Of a stretch of DNA of 61,382 bases, positions 45,151 to 54,596 are shown one piece after another. This stretch comes from an uncultured Spirochaetales bacterium (GTDB lineage: Bacteria; Spirochaetota; Spirochaetia; JABMQR01). The stretch spans positions 1 to 61,382 of the forward strand of contig CAZSBC010000001.1 in the NCBI GenBank assembly GCA_964605195.1. The letters are read 5' to 3'. The position numbers and the translations under genes were made by a program. Position 1 is the stretch's first letter. Each line of letters starts with the position of its first letter. Below the pieces are notes generated by a model. The model was not told the DNA's origin, searched no databases, and saw only the letters and a list, made by a program, of their open reading frames with translations.

Positions 45151-45152
45151 AG

Positions 45153-45605
45153 CTAAAATTTTTGCAGGGGACTTCCGTCAAACGGATACGGCAGCAAGTC
45201 ACGGAAAAGCAGCCGTTTCACGACTCCCTCGAGGTTGGCCAGGTAAATGGGAAAATCGGGGGCACAGAACTCAGCCATCACCTGCAGACATTCGGCACAG
45301 GGCGGGGTCGCATCCTGCTCGTCGGTCACAACCACCAGAGAATCAAAGAGTAGCCGCTCTTTGGCAGCACTGCCGATATTGCACTGCCTGATAGCGGAAA
45401 GGATGGCGTTACGTTCGGCGCATATTGTTGCTCCGTAACTGGCATTCTCCACATTGCAGCCGGAAACGATATATGGAGCACTCCCGCTGCAGGCGGCCTG
45501 GTTCATGACGATCGCAGCACCCACCCTGAATCCCGAATAGGGGGCGTAGGCATGTTCCCTCGCAGCAATTGCCTCCAGCCACGCTTCTTGTACTTCTGAT
45601 ATCAT
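45153..45605 (-). CDS. cdd: Cytidine deaminase
   Basis: 150 aa. It has the zinc motifs CAERNA and PCAECLQ. There is no SD sequence. The extended -10 TGGTATACT (45620-45612, minus strand) ends 6 nt before the ATG. Confidence 0.85.
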   Translation of the reverse strand: MISEVQEAWLEAIAAREHAYAPYSGFRVGAAIVMNQAACSGSAPYIVSGCNVENASYGATICAERNAILSAIRQCNIGSAAKERLLFDSLVVVTDEQDATPPCAECLQVMAEFCAPDFPIYLANLEGVVKRLLFRDLLPYPFDGSPLQKF

Positions 45606-45611
45606 AGGAAG

Positions 45612-45620
45612 AGTATACCA
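45612..45620 (-). promoter_or_regulatory. Extended -10 element TGGTATACT, 6 nt upstream of the cdd ATG (45605)
   Basis: Read directly from the minus strand. Confidence 0.4.
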
Positions 45621-45740
45621 GAGTTGGCTGTTGCTGTCACCTCAATAACAACCGTTCACAAAAGGCCCGTTTACAAGCCGGGGACGCCCAGTTATACTTT
45701 AGGTGCAGTGCCCTGTAGTCCATTGCACCATGGAGGATAT

Positions 45741-47687
45741 ATGCTGTTGTATGATAGAGAGACATCCCTGCCTGTCGCCGATCCGGACCTGCTGCCGATC
45801 AGGGACGCCTTCGGCCGCCTGGAGCAGAACGGTTCTGTTACCGAACAGGTAGGGAAAGCTGCCGAATCAATGATTCTCTCTGTTTCGGGCTGGCGGAAGG
45901 TCTTTGCCGCCGACAGGGAGGAGGAGAGCATGCTGCCTGAAATTTCAGCAGAGGATACCCTTCTTGCAGCCATTGCTGCAGCTGCCTTTGCCGATCACCT
46001 GCTGGCAGGGAGAAAACAGTCTAGAACAGCTGAGCTTGTTGTCGGCATGGACTCACGGCCTACCGGCCCGGCTATCGCTGATGCAGCGCTACGGATCTTC
46101 CTCGGAATGGGGTTCACGGTCCGGCACCTCTTCATCATCGCTGCACCCGAGCTGATGGCCTTCACAGCCCTGCATGAAGATGCCGGCGCCTTCTTCTACA
46201 TATCGGCAAGCCACAATCCCGCCGGACACAACGGATTGAAGTTCGGCAAGGACGGCGGTGTCTTCGGCAGCGAAGAAGCCGCGGCACTCATAGACAGATT
46301 CAGATCCTACTGCAGGGACCCGGGGTTGCCGGCACGGCTTATGGAGCTCGAGGCTGCTGCGGGGAAACAGCAGTATGCCGGCTGCATCGGGCAGATTGCC
46401 ACCAACAAACTCCTTGCTCTCGATATCTACCGCCGTTTCGCTATCATGACTGCAACCAGCACACGTGCTGTCTGCGGACAGGACCAGGTGCTTAACCGGA
46501 TACGGGAGTATGCAGATACATACGGCCTGGGTGTCGTGATAGATTTCAACGGCAGCGCCCGCTGCCTCTCCATTGATGAAACCCTTCTCAGGGAACTAGG
46601 GATCAGTGTCCGGACACTTGCCGATACACCGGGGATGATCACCCATGGAATCATTCCTGAGGGGAAAAATCTGGAATACTGCCGGCAGGCTCTTGAAACT
46701 GCCTACGGCGAAGATCCAGCCTTCATGCTCGGCTACATGCCCGACAACGACGGTGACCGTGGGAATATCGTCTACATAGACGAGAGCAGTGCCAGGGCCG
46801 AAGTGCTGCAGGCCCAGGAGGTCTTCTCGCTTGCAGTCCTCTCTGAACTTGCCTTTACCGAGTACGCTGAAGGTACCGTTGAGGGTGTGAAGCGGGCTGT
46901 CGTGGTAAACGGTCCTACCTCCATGCGCATAGATGCCATAGCCGCCCACTTCGGGGTGGAGGTCCACCGCTGTGAGGTCGGGGAGGCCAATACCGTGCAG
47001 CTCGCCCGCTCACTGCGTGAGGAGGGGTATGCAGTCCGTATTCTCGGTGAGGGGTCAAATGGGGGGAATATCACCTACCCCGCATCGGTACGGGACCCGA
47101 TGAATACCATCCTCTCGTTCATCAAACTTCTGGCTCTCAGGGACTCCAGGGAGAGCCGGGGCCTGTTCTCCATCTGGCTGGAAAGAAGCGCTCAGCTGCA
47201 CCGGTACCGGGAACACTACGCGCTTGCAGACATACTCTCAACGATCCCGAAGGCAGCTACCACTCCGACATCATCCGATCGCTCCATACTCCATACCGCA
47301 TCACCGTCACAGGGAGCGCTCAAGAGAGCGTACGAGACCCTCTTCGCCCGGGCGTGGGAGGAGGAGCGTGAAACGTTCTTTGGACCGCTTAACATAGCTT
47401 CCTGGAAAGAGTTCAACACTGAAGGCATCAGCTGCAGGGAGGGTGTCGGCTCCCGCTGCAGGAGCGGTGAGGAGCGTGGAGGCTTCAAGATTGTATTCTA
47501 TAATGCAGACGGTGAGGCAACAGACTTCATCTGGATGCGCGGGTCGGGAACCGAACCGGTATTCCGTATTGCCGCTGACTCGCTGTACGGGACAGAGGAG
47601 CGTGAGCGAACACTGCTGCAGTGGCATGCCGACCTCGTCCGACGTGCTGATACCGCTGCCTGCCTGGAGGATGGCTGCCCAAGCTGA
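45741..47687 (+). CDS. Phosphoglucomutase/phosphomannomutase-family protein (long form, ~648 aa)
   Basis: The active-site Ser loop is SASHNPAGHNGLKF and the Mg loop is PDNDGDRG. ATG 45741 has a GGAGGA RBS. The ORF-track start at 45624 is an upstream TTG. Confidence 0.8.
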   Translation: MLLYDRETSLPVADPDLLPIRDAFGRLEQNGSVTEQVGKAAESMILSVSGWRKVFAADREEESMLPEISAEDTLLAAIAAAAFADHLLAGRKQSRTAELVVGMDSRPTGPAIADAALRIFLGMGFTVRHLFIIAAPELMAFTALHEDAGAFFYISASHNPAGHNGLKFGKDGGVFGSEEAAALIDRFRSYCRDPGLPARLMELEAAAGKQQYAGCIGQIATNKLLALDIYRRFAIMTATSTRAVCGQDQVLNRIREYADTYGLGVVIDFNGSARCLSIDETLLRELGISVRTLADTPGMITHGIIPEGKNLEYCRQALETAYGEDPAFMLGYMPDNDGDRGNIVYIDESSARAEVLQAQEVFSLAVLSELAFTEYAEGTVEGVKRAVVVNGPTSMRIDAIAAHFGVEVHRCEVGEANTVQLARSLREEGYAVRILGEGSNGGNITYPASVRDPMNTILSFIKLLALRDSRESRGLFSIWLERSAQLHRYREHYALADILSTIPKAATTPTSSDRSILHTASPSQGALKRAYETLFARAWEEERETFFGPLNIASWKEFNTEGISCREGVGSRCRSGEERGGFKIVFYNADGEATDFIWMRGSGTEPVFRIAADSLYGTEERERTLLQWHADLVRRADTAACLEDGCPS

Positions 47688-47763
47688 TTGCCTGTACCGT
47701 ATGCAGCAACAGTTGCAGAGACAACAGGAACTATCTCACCCACTATGTTTTTTGCCCTGCCCA

Positions 47764-47772
47764 TGCTATACT
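47764..47772 (+). promoter_or_regulatory. Extended -10 element TGCTATACT upstream of the APH-like kinase gene (leadered, ~35 nt)
   Basis: Read directly from the sequence. It is the same TGCTAT core seen at the leaderless candidates. Confidence 0.35.
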
Positions 47773-47808
47773 TTTAGGGAGAGAGATGTGTTTGAAGGGA
47801 GCTGCCAT

Positions 47809-48735
47809 ATGTACCGAAACTTGAGAAATGAATCCATAGAACTTGAACACCGGCATCTTGAAGAGATAGCTGCCAGATTCCCCGATCTGGCCCAGGAGAA
47901 GGTGGTCTTCAAGGATGACGGCCTGGTATATGATCTGCTGCTGATTAATAACAAGTATGTATTCAGGTTCCCGAAATATGACTGGTCAATCGATGACATG
48001 TTCCGTGAATCGGCCTGCCTGCAGCTGGCCGGAAAATACTGCGAGATCCAGATTCCTCAATGGCAGATGCATGATGACCGCTTCGTCAGCTACCGTAAGA
48101 TCTTGGGCCATGCCCTGACCGAACATGAGTTCAACAATCTTGATCCGGAAGTCAAGGATACGGTCTACCGTGAGCTGGGAACCTTTCTCAAGGCCCTGCA
48201 TGGAATCCCGAAACGTGAGCTGAAGGCTGATGGGATCGAGGACTCCATGACACGGCATGACTACAATGACTGGATGAAGCTCTATGACGATGTCCAACAG
48301 GAGCTCTACCGGAACATGACTGCATCGGCACGGGATGCCGTCGATGCGCTCTTCAGAGTTATAATAGCCGATTACTCCTTTGCGGAATTCTCACCAAGGC
48401 TGATTCACGGCGATCTCGGTGATTACCACATCCTCTTCGATGCAGGTGAGGGCAAGCTGTCGGGGATTATCGATTTCAGCTCCGCCGGACTTGGTGATCC
48501 TGCCACTGATATTGCCTGCCTGCTGCTCCAGTATGGAGAGGCCTTCGTCGGGGCTCTCCAGCCCTACTACCGTAACATCACGAAACTCATCGACAGAGCC
48601 CGCTTCATTGCCGGCACCCTGCCGCTGCAGTGGGCGTTAGGCGGGGTTCGTACCGGGGACAACTCATGGTTCCTCGTCCACCTCGGTAAACGCGGCAGTA
48701 TCTACCCTATCGGCTCTCCCCTCTCCACCGGTTAG
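47809..48735 (+). CDS. Aminoglycoside-phosphotransferase-family (APH/ChoK-like) kinase
   Basis: It has the catalytic loop LIHGDLGDYHILF and IDFSSAGLGDPATD. ATG 47809 has a GAAGGGAG RBS. The ORF-track start at 47443 overlaps the preceding gene and is rejected. Confidence 0.75.
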   Translation: MYRNLRNESIELEHRHLEEIAARFPDLAQEKVVFKDDGLVYDLLLINNKYVFRFPKYDWSIDDMFRESACLQLAGKYCEIQIPQWQMHDDRFVSYRKILGHALTEHEFNNLDPEVKDTVYRELGTFLKALHGIPKRELKADGIEDSMTRHDYNDWMKLYDDVQQELYRNMTASARDAVDALFRVIIADYSFAEFSPRLIHGDLGDYHILFDAGEGKLSGIIDFSSAGLGDPATDIACLLLQYGEAFVGALQPYYRNITKLIDRARFIAGTLPLQWALGGVRTGDNSWFLVHLGKRGSIYPIGSPLSTG

Positions 48736-50042
48736 TTGGTCAGGCCGGCAATGGCGGCCCCCAGGACCGGAGCATTGTCAATTGAGATGATCTCGTAGTA
48801 GCGTCCGCACTCTCTGGTGAGGTAGGCATCAAGATAGAACTCGGTATAGCGCCGCAGGTTGTGAGTCTTGTGGAACGTGGTACCGTCGGCATTGATGCAT
48901 ACCGGATGTAGGGGGTTGTGGCCGATGTCAGCCTTGAGAACAGCGGCTGAGAGGTTGATGGCAGTGAGCTTGCCGGCCCGTTCAATGATGCTGTCCAACA
49001 GGATATAGAGGGCGGTGGCATCACCTTCTGTCTCGCAGCAGGCTGCCAGGGTTCCCGTTCTGTCCCCGGGGGCATGGAGGAACTGATCCATAACGATGGT
49101 GTCAATTGCGGGAACTGCAGCAAAGCTTTCGGCAAAGCGTGGCGAAAAGAGTCCCGCTTCTACTGCCTTGCCGATCACCATGGCGGCATATGGACCTATG
49201 TAGGCCCCGGAAATGAGCTTTTCGAAGCGGTACATCTTAGGAGCCTTAGTTGTGGCGTAGAATTGCCGGTCAAGTTCACTGCCGCTGTAGCGGTAGTTAC
49301 CCGATTCCACATTCACCAGCATCGAGTGTTCTCGGTCGACACTCCCCAGCTTCCCGATGTTACGAATTTTTTCAAGATAACAGGTATTTGTACCGGTCCC
49401 TAGGATGAAGCCGACAAAACCGCTGTAATCCCGCTGTGCCGCAGCTGCACGGGCTGCCAGAAGGGTGGCAACCGTGTCGTTCAGTACAGTAAGATTGCAG
49501 ATATGTCCGGCTTTCTCTGCACCGAGGGCTTCAAGGAGATTTGCCCCGACTTCCATACCGCACACTTCAGGGGCCTTGATCTCCTTTGAGAAGAAGAGCA
49601 GTCTACCGTCACGATTTGCGGTGATTTCCGCGGCATAGGAGAAACAGAAGCCGATACGGTCACTCTCCCCGATCACCGGGGCGACAAATTCAGCCATAGC
49701 TTCAAAGAACTCCCCGGCAGAAACCTCTCGTTCAAAACCGGGCATGCTCCGCTTCCTGAAACTCCTGATCTCAGGTTCAAGCCGCTCATTGAAGGAGACT
49801 ATCCCCACCCGGAAATTGGTGCCGCCGGCATCGATTACCACTACCGGACGGTTGACCGGGATAGCATGCTCCAGGTTGATATAGGTGGGAAGCATGGCCA
49901 GGGAGCTCTCATCTTTACCAGCCAGTCCCCGCTCCATCTCGGTGAGAAATGACGCAGTCTCCCGATCCATCTGAATTGCATCGGGATTCAGGCCATGATC
50001 AGCTATAAAACCCCAAACGGCATCCTTGTTCTGCAGCTTCAT
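48732..50042 (-). CDS. Hexokinase-family sugar kinase (eukaryote-type hexokinase fold)
   Basis: It has VVIDAGGTNFRVG (the phosphate-1 motif of hexokinases) and GFILGTGTNTCY. The product is ~436 aa. ATG 50042 has a GGAG RBS. Confidence 0.75.
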   Translation of the reverse strand: MKLQNKDAVWGFIADHGLNPDAIQMDRETASFLTEMERGLAGKDESSLAMLPTYINLEHAIPVNRPVVVIDAGGTNFRVGIVSFNERLEPEIRSFRKRSMPGFEREVSAGEFFEAMAEFVAPVIGESDRIGFCFSYAAEITANRDGRLLFFSKEIKAPEVCGMEVGANLLEALGAEKAGHICNLTVLNDTVATLLAARAAAAQRDYSGFVGFILGTGTNTCYLEKIRNIGKLGSVDREHSMLVNVESGNYRYSGSELDRQFYATTKAPKMYRFEKLISGAYIGPYAAMVIGKAVEAGLFSPRFAESFAAVPAIDTIVMDQFLHAPGDRTGTLAACCETEGDATALYILLDSIIERAGKLTAINLSAAVLKADIGHNPLHPVCINADGTTFHKTHNLRRYTEFYLDAYLTRECGRYYEIISIDNAPVLGAAIAGLTN

Positions 50043-50155
50043 ACTCGCTCCTCTCTCTTCCCGGATATGCCTGATCATGCAGTAAATCGGCGTTTTTATC
50101 AAGACAGGGCACATTACCGTTTTTCACTTCGCAATGGGACAACTCAGTTAAAATA

Positions 50156-50164
50156 TGCTATGAT
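50156..50164 (+). promoter_or_regulatory. Extended -10 element TGCTATGAT, 6 nt upstream of ATG 50171
   Basis: Read directly from the sequence. There is no SD sequence before sbcB. Confidence 0.45.
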
Positions 50165-50170
50165 GCTGCT

Positions 50171-51610
50171 ATGCAGCAGGAAACGATTCTCTGGTATGAC
50201 CTGGAAACATTTGGAACCAACCCTCAGCATGATCGCGTAGCGCAGTATGCGGCCATACGGACAGACCGCAATCTAAGGGAGATCGGAGAACCGGTGATCC
50301 GCTACTGCAGGATCACCGATGATTATCTGCCAGATCCTCAGGCCTGCCTGGTCACCAGAATCACGCCCCAGGATGTCATGGAGAAGGGTTTGCCGGAGTA
50401 TCGCTTCATTGATGAGATCAACCGGGATATGTCGCATCCGCGTACCTGTGCAGCCGGCTACAACAGCATCAGGTTTGATGATGAGTTCATCAGGAACCTC
50501 CTCTACCGCAACTTTTTCGACCCGTACGAGCGCGAATATGCCGGAGGAAACTCACGCTGGGATCTCATTGATGTCGTTAGGGCTGCCCATGATCTACGTC
50601 CCGAAGGAATTAGCTGGCCGCGCAACGATGAGGGCAGACCCTCATTCAGGCTGGAGGATCTGACTCGGGCAAATGGCATTGCCCATGAAGATGCACATGA
50701 TGCCCTAGCAGACGTCCGGGCAACCATCGCTGTGGCCCGGCTGCTGTGGGAGAAAAAGCCTGATCTCTATGGGTATGCCTATGAAATCAGGCAGAAGAAC
50801 ACCCTGCGCAACAGAATCGATATCTTCCACCTCAAACCGATACTGCACACCTCTTCGATCTACACCACCGAATATGGCTGCACAGCCGTAATTCTTCCCA
50901 TTATCGTCGACCCCGACAACAGCAATGCCATCATCGGCTATGATCTCTCCCGAGACCCGGAACCCCTGCTCGGCGCAGCCCCTGAGCAGCTCTTCACTCC
51001 TGAGGTCCCCCTGAGCAGGATAGCCCTGAACAGGGCACCGTTCATCGCTCCCATTGGGACTCTGACCGAAGAGGCGGCTGAACGTCTCCATATTGATATG
51101 CCGACATGCCGGGAACACTACAAGCGCATCACTGACCGTAAGGACATCTCCAGGAAACTGCGGTTTGCCCTTGAGGAACGCAGTTCACCTGCACCCCAGC
51201 AGTTCAATGACCCGGATTTCCAGATCTACAGCGGGGGATTCTTTACCGATAATGACAGGGATCGCTTCCAGATTATCAGGAACACTCCTCCCGGAGAGCT
51301 CCTTGACCTTCATCTGCACTTTGATGATCCGAGAATTCCAGAGATGCTCTGGCGCTACACCGCCCGCAACTTTCCCGAGGTGTTGGATGAGCAGCAACGG
51401 GAGCGCTGGATCAGCTTTGCCGCCGGCAGAGTGCTCTTTCCTCCGGGCAACAGCGTGGTTAACCTGGAGTTTTTCAGAAGAAAGATCCGTGAACGCATCA
51501 TAAGCAACGAGACAAGTGCTGCCGACAAGGCACTGCTGCGCAGGCTGGCCGACTACGGCAATGCCCTCGAACAGCGGTTGTTCAGCAGCAGGCCGGCAAC
51601 TAAGCGATAA
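50171..51610 (+). CDS. sbcB: Exodeoxyribonuclease I
   Basis: 479 aa. The motifs [26 protein letters not shown] and HDALADV (DEDDh exonuclease) plus the SbcB-type C-terminal domain are present. Confidence 0.9.
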   Translation: MQQETILWYDLETFGTNPQHDRVAQYAAIRTDRNLREIGEPVIRYCRITDDYLPDPQACLVTRITPQDVMEKGLPEYRFIDEINRDMSHPRTCAAGYNSIRFDDEFIRNLLYRNFFDPYEREYAGGNSRWDLIDVVRAAHDLRPEGISWPRNDEGRPSFRLEDLTRANGIAHEDAHDALADVRATIAVARLLWEKKPDLYGYAYEIRQKNTLRNRIDIFHLKPILHTSSIYTTEYGCTAVILPIIVDPDNSNAIIGYDLSRDPEPLLGAAPEQLFTPEVPLSRIALNRAPFIAPIGTLTEEAAERLHIDMPTCREHYKRITDRKDISRKLRFALEERSSPAPQQFNDPDFQIYSGGFFTDNDRDRFQIIRNTPPGELLDLHLHFDDPRIPEMLWRYTARNFPEVLDEQQRERWISFAAGRVLFPPGNSVVNLEFFRRKIRERIISNETSAADKALLRRLADYGNALEQRLFSSRPATKR

Positions 51611-52796
51611 CCCCGAGCTCCCGCCCCACGCTAACAAATGCCGAGATGGCGGCATCCAGCTCCTCCCGGGTATGGGCAGCCGATAGCTGGGTCCTGATAC
51701 GGGCCTTCCCCCGCGGGACTACCGGGTAGGAGAAGCCGATGACATAGATACCCTCAGCAAGCAGGCGATCGGCCATCTCGACGGCAAGCTTCTCCTCATA
51801 GAGCATGACCGGAACGATGGCTGTATTTCCCGGGATAATGTCAAAACCGGCTCTCTCCATCTCACCTCTGAAGTAGGCTGCCGAATCAATGAGCCGGTCA
51901 CGCAGGTGCGTTGAGGCTGAGAGCATCTCCAGCACTTTCAGCGTGCCCCCTGCGACTGCCGGGGCAAGGGTATTGGAGAAGAGATAGGGACGGGATCGTT
52001 GGCGGAGCATCTCTATGATCTCCCTGCGACCGGAGGTACAGCCGCCGCTGGCTCCACCGAGAGCCTTCCCGAAGGTGGTGGTGATGATATCGATGCGCCC
52101 GGTGGTGCCCGTCAGCTCCGGAGTCCCCCTTCCATGTGCTCCGATGTAGCCGGTTGCATGGGAATCATCAACCATGACCAGGGCATCATAGGCCTCTGCA
52201 AGGTCGCATATGGCATCGAGCCTGGCAATATCTCCATCCATGGAGAAGACTCCGTCGGTGCAGATCAGACGGTATCTGGCCCCGGAGGCCTCCTGCAGGC
52301 ACCGTTCCAGATCTTCCATGTTGCTGTGGGCATATCGATACCGTGCTGCCTTGCAGAGCCGTACCCCGTCTATGATGGAGGCATGGTTCAGGGCATCTGA
52401 GATGATGGCGTCCTCTGAAGAGAGCAGCGGCTCGAAGACCCCGCCGTTGGCATCGAAGCAGGCAGCATAGAGCAGGGTATCCTCTGTGCCGAGGAACGAG
52501 GATACCGCTGCCTCCAACGCTTTGTGAAGCTGCTGGGTACCGCAGATGAACCGTACCGAGGAGAGTCCGTACCCCCACTCTCTCATCGCCTCAGCTGCCG
52601 CCTCAATCACCTCCGGGTCTGATGCCAGTCCGAGATAGTTGTTCGCACAGAAGTTCAGCACCTGCCCAGCTTTCCGGTCTGCTACTGAGATTCTTCCCCC
52701 CTGCGGGGAGGTTATGATCCGTTCAGCCTTATAGAGTCCATCCTCCCTCAGCATTTCCAGGGTTTCCTGCAAATCAACCTGCATTGTGGTGTACAT
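51600..52796 (-). CDS. kbl: Glycine C-acetyltransferase (2-amino-3-ketobutyrate CoA ligase)
   Basis: 398 aa. Motifs present are NNYLGL, DDSHATG and the PLP-lysine region TTFGKALGG. It is paired with tdh. An AGGAGG RBS is present. Confidence 0.9.
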   Translation of the reverse strand: MYTTMQVDLQETLEMLREDGLYKAERIITSPQGGRISVADRKAGQVLNFCANNYLGLASDPEVIEAAAEAMREWGYGLSSVRFICGTQQLHKALEAAVSSFLGTEDTLLYAACFDANGGVFEPLLSSEDAIISDALNHASIIDGVRLCKAARYRYAHSNMEDLERCLQEASGARYRLICTDGVFSMDGDIARLDAICDLAEAYDALVMVDDSHATGYIGAHGRGTPELTGTTGRIDIITTTFGKALGGASGGCTSGRREIIEMLRQRSRPYLFSNTLAPAVAGGTLKVLEMLSASTHLRDRLIDSAAYFRGEMERAGFDIIPGNTAIVPVMLYEEKLAVEMADRLLAEGIYVIGFSYPVVPRGKARIRTQLSAAHTREELDAAISAFVSVGRELGVIA

Positions 52797-53754
52797 TCTG
52801 CTCCTCCTCTCTGCCGCTCCGGATCTTCTCCAGCATATCGGCAGTCATGGTCTCCAGGGTGTATTCGGGATTCCAGCCCCACTCGACACGGGCGGCATAG
52901 TCCTCCAGGATATTCGGCCAGGAGTCGGCGATAGCCTGCTTCACCGGATCTATACGGTAATAGATGGAAAAATCGGGGATATGCTTGCGGATATAGGCTG
53001 CCTGCTCTTCCGGGCAGAAGCTCATCGCCCCCACATTGAAGGCATTGCGGTGCCTCAGCCGGGCCGGATCGGCCTCCATGATCTGTACGGCAGCCTTGAC
53101 GGCATCCGGCATATACATCATATCGAGATAGGTATTTCCCGCAAGGGGGCATTCATAACTGCCTTGCGCAACGGCCGCATAGTATATCTCCACGGCATAA
53201 TCCGTGGTTCCACCGCCCGGAGGGGTCATGCTGGAGATGATACCCGGATAGCGGACTCCTCGGGTATCGACATCGTAGCGGTGGTGATAGTAATCGCAGA
53301 GCAGTTCCCCGGCTACCTTGGTGATTCCGTACATTGAAGTCGGTCGCTGCAGGGTGTCCTGCGGCGTGTAGTCACGGGGTGTGGTTGGCCCGAATGCACC
53401 TATGGAGGATGGCGTGAAGAAAGAGCAGCCTTCGCTGCGGGCAATCTCAAGGGTCGTGATCAGACCATTCATATTGATGTCCCAGGCTTTCCGGGGATCC
53501 TGTTCACTGGTTGCCGAGAGCAGTGCCGCCAGATGGTAGATCGTATCAATGCGGTGTTTCTGCACAATCCGGGTGATCGTCTCCCCGTCCCGACAGTCAA
53601 CCGTGTAGAACGGTCCTGCATCCAACAGCTGCGGATTCCCCTCCCTGCGGATATCAGTCAGGACAACGGCATCAGGGCCGTATCGTTTTCGCAGCTCAAG
53701 GGTTATTTCAGATCCCAGCTGACCGAGAGCTCCGGTTATGAGGATTCGCTTCAC
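52774..53754 (-). CDS. tdh: L-threonine 3-dehydrogenase, SDR/epimerase-type
   Basis: 326 aa. It has [11 protein letters not shown] and YGITK (YxxxK). It lies immediately upstream of, and overlaps, kbl. The GTG start has a GAGGGAG RBS. Confidence 0.8.
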   Translation of the reverse strand: MKRILITGALGQLGSEITLELRKRYGPDAVVLTDIRREGNPQLLDAGPFYTVDCRDGETITRIVQKHRIDTIYHLAALLSATSEQDPRKAWDINMNGLITTLEIARSEGCSFFTPSSIGAFGPTTPRDYTPQDTLQRPTSMYGITKVAGELLCDYYHHRYDVDTRGVRYPGIISSMTPPGGGTTDYAVEIYYAAVAQGSYECPLAGNTYLDMMYMPDAVKAAVQIMEADPARLRHRNAFNVGAMSFCPEEQAAYIRKHIPDFSIYYRIDPVKQAIADSWPNILEDYAARVEWGWNPEYTLETMTADMLEKIRSGREEEQNVHHNAG

Positions 53755-54001
53755 TGCACACTCCCTCTCTCGCCCGGAGCAGGTCTTTCATGTACATTAT
53801 CGTGCAGAAAGCCCGTCCGGTTGTTTACTATATCAAATATTTAGTTCATTATAATAAACATACAGGCCGTTGTCAAATAGCGCAGGATGCATGCAGGCAG
53901 CTTTATGTAAAAAGTATCGGAGGCCCTGACTGCAGTTCAGCAAAGAAGCATTATCGGTTATACTGTCTGAAAATCAGCGGCATCACGAAGGAGTGCACAG
54001 T

Positions 54002-54580
54002 ATGGAACACCCACCAATGATCGGAAAGAATATCCAGAAGGTGCGTACCGGCCAGAACCTTACTCTTAACGTTCTCTCTGAACGCAGCGGGGTCTCAAAA
54101 GCCATGCTGAGTCAGATTGAGGCCAACAAAGTGAATCCCACCATAGCCACCGTCTGGAAAATTGCCCAGGGGCTCGGAGTTGAAATCCATGCCCTGCTGG
54201 AGGGCACCGGAGGTCCCAAGCGCAAGTTTCATGTCAATCGTTACGAGAATATCACCACCCTTGATACCGATGAGGAGGGAGTACTGATCCATGTGCTCTC
54301 CCCGCTCAGTATGGTTGAGGATCTTGAACTTTACATGATGACGTTCGACAGCGGCGCCAGGCTTGATTCTGAAGCGCATTTTCCCAACTCCGAAGAGTTC
54401 CTTACGGTGATCAGGGGCCATATCGAAGTCAAGGCCGGCAATAACCGCTCGGAGCTGAAGAGGGGTGATTTCATTGCCTACCACTGCGATGTCGAACACT
54501 CCATCTGCAATCTCGGCAAGGGGGAAGCAGTGGTCCATCTGGTGGTACGCTACAACAACTCTCCCGGCGTAGGAATATAG
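54002..54580 (+). CDS. XRE-family transcriptional regulator with a C-terminal cupin domain
   Basis: The HTH is IGKNIQKVRTGQNLTLNVLSERSGVSKAMLSQIE. A cupin domain is also present. ATG 54002 is preceded by GAAGGAG. Confidence 0.85.
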   Translation: MEHPPMIGKNIQKVRTGQNLTLNVLSERSGVSKAMLSQIEANKVNPTIATVWKIAQGLGVEIHALLEGTGGPKRKFHVNRYENITTLDTDEEGVLIHVLSPLSMVEDLELYMMTFDSGARLDSEAHFPNSEEFLTVIRGHIEVKAGNNRSELKRGDFIAYHCDVEHSICNLGKGEAVVHLVVRYNNSPGVGI

Positions 54581-54596
54581 GGACAACCACCCTGCC

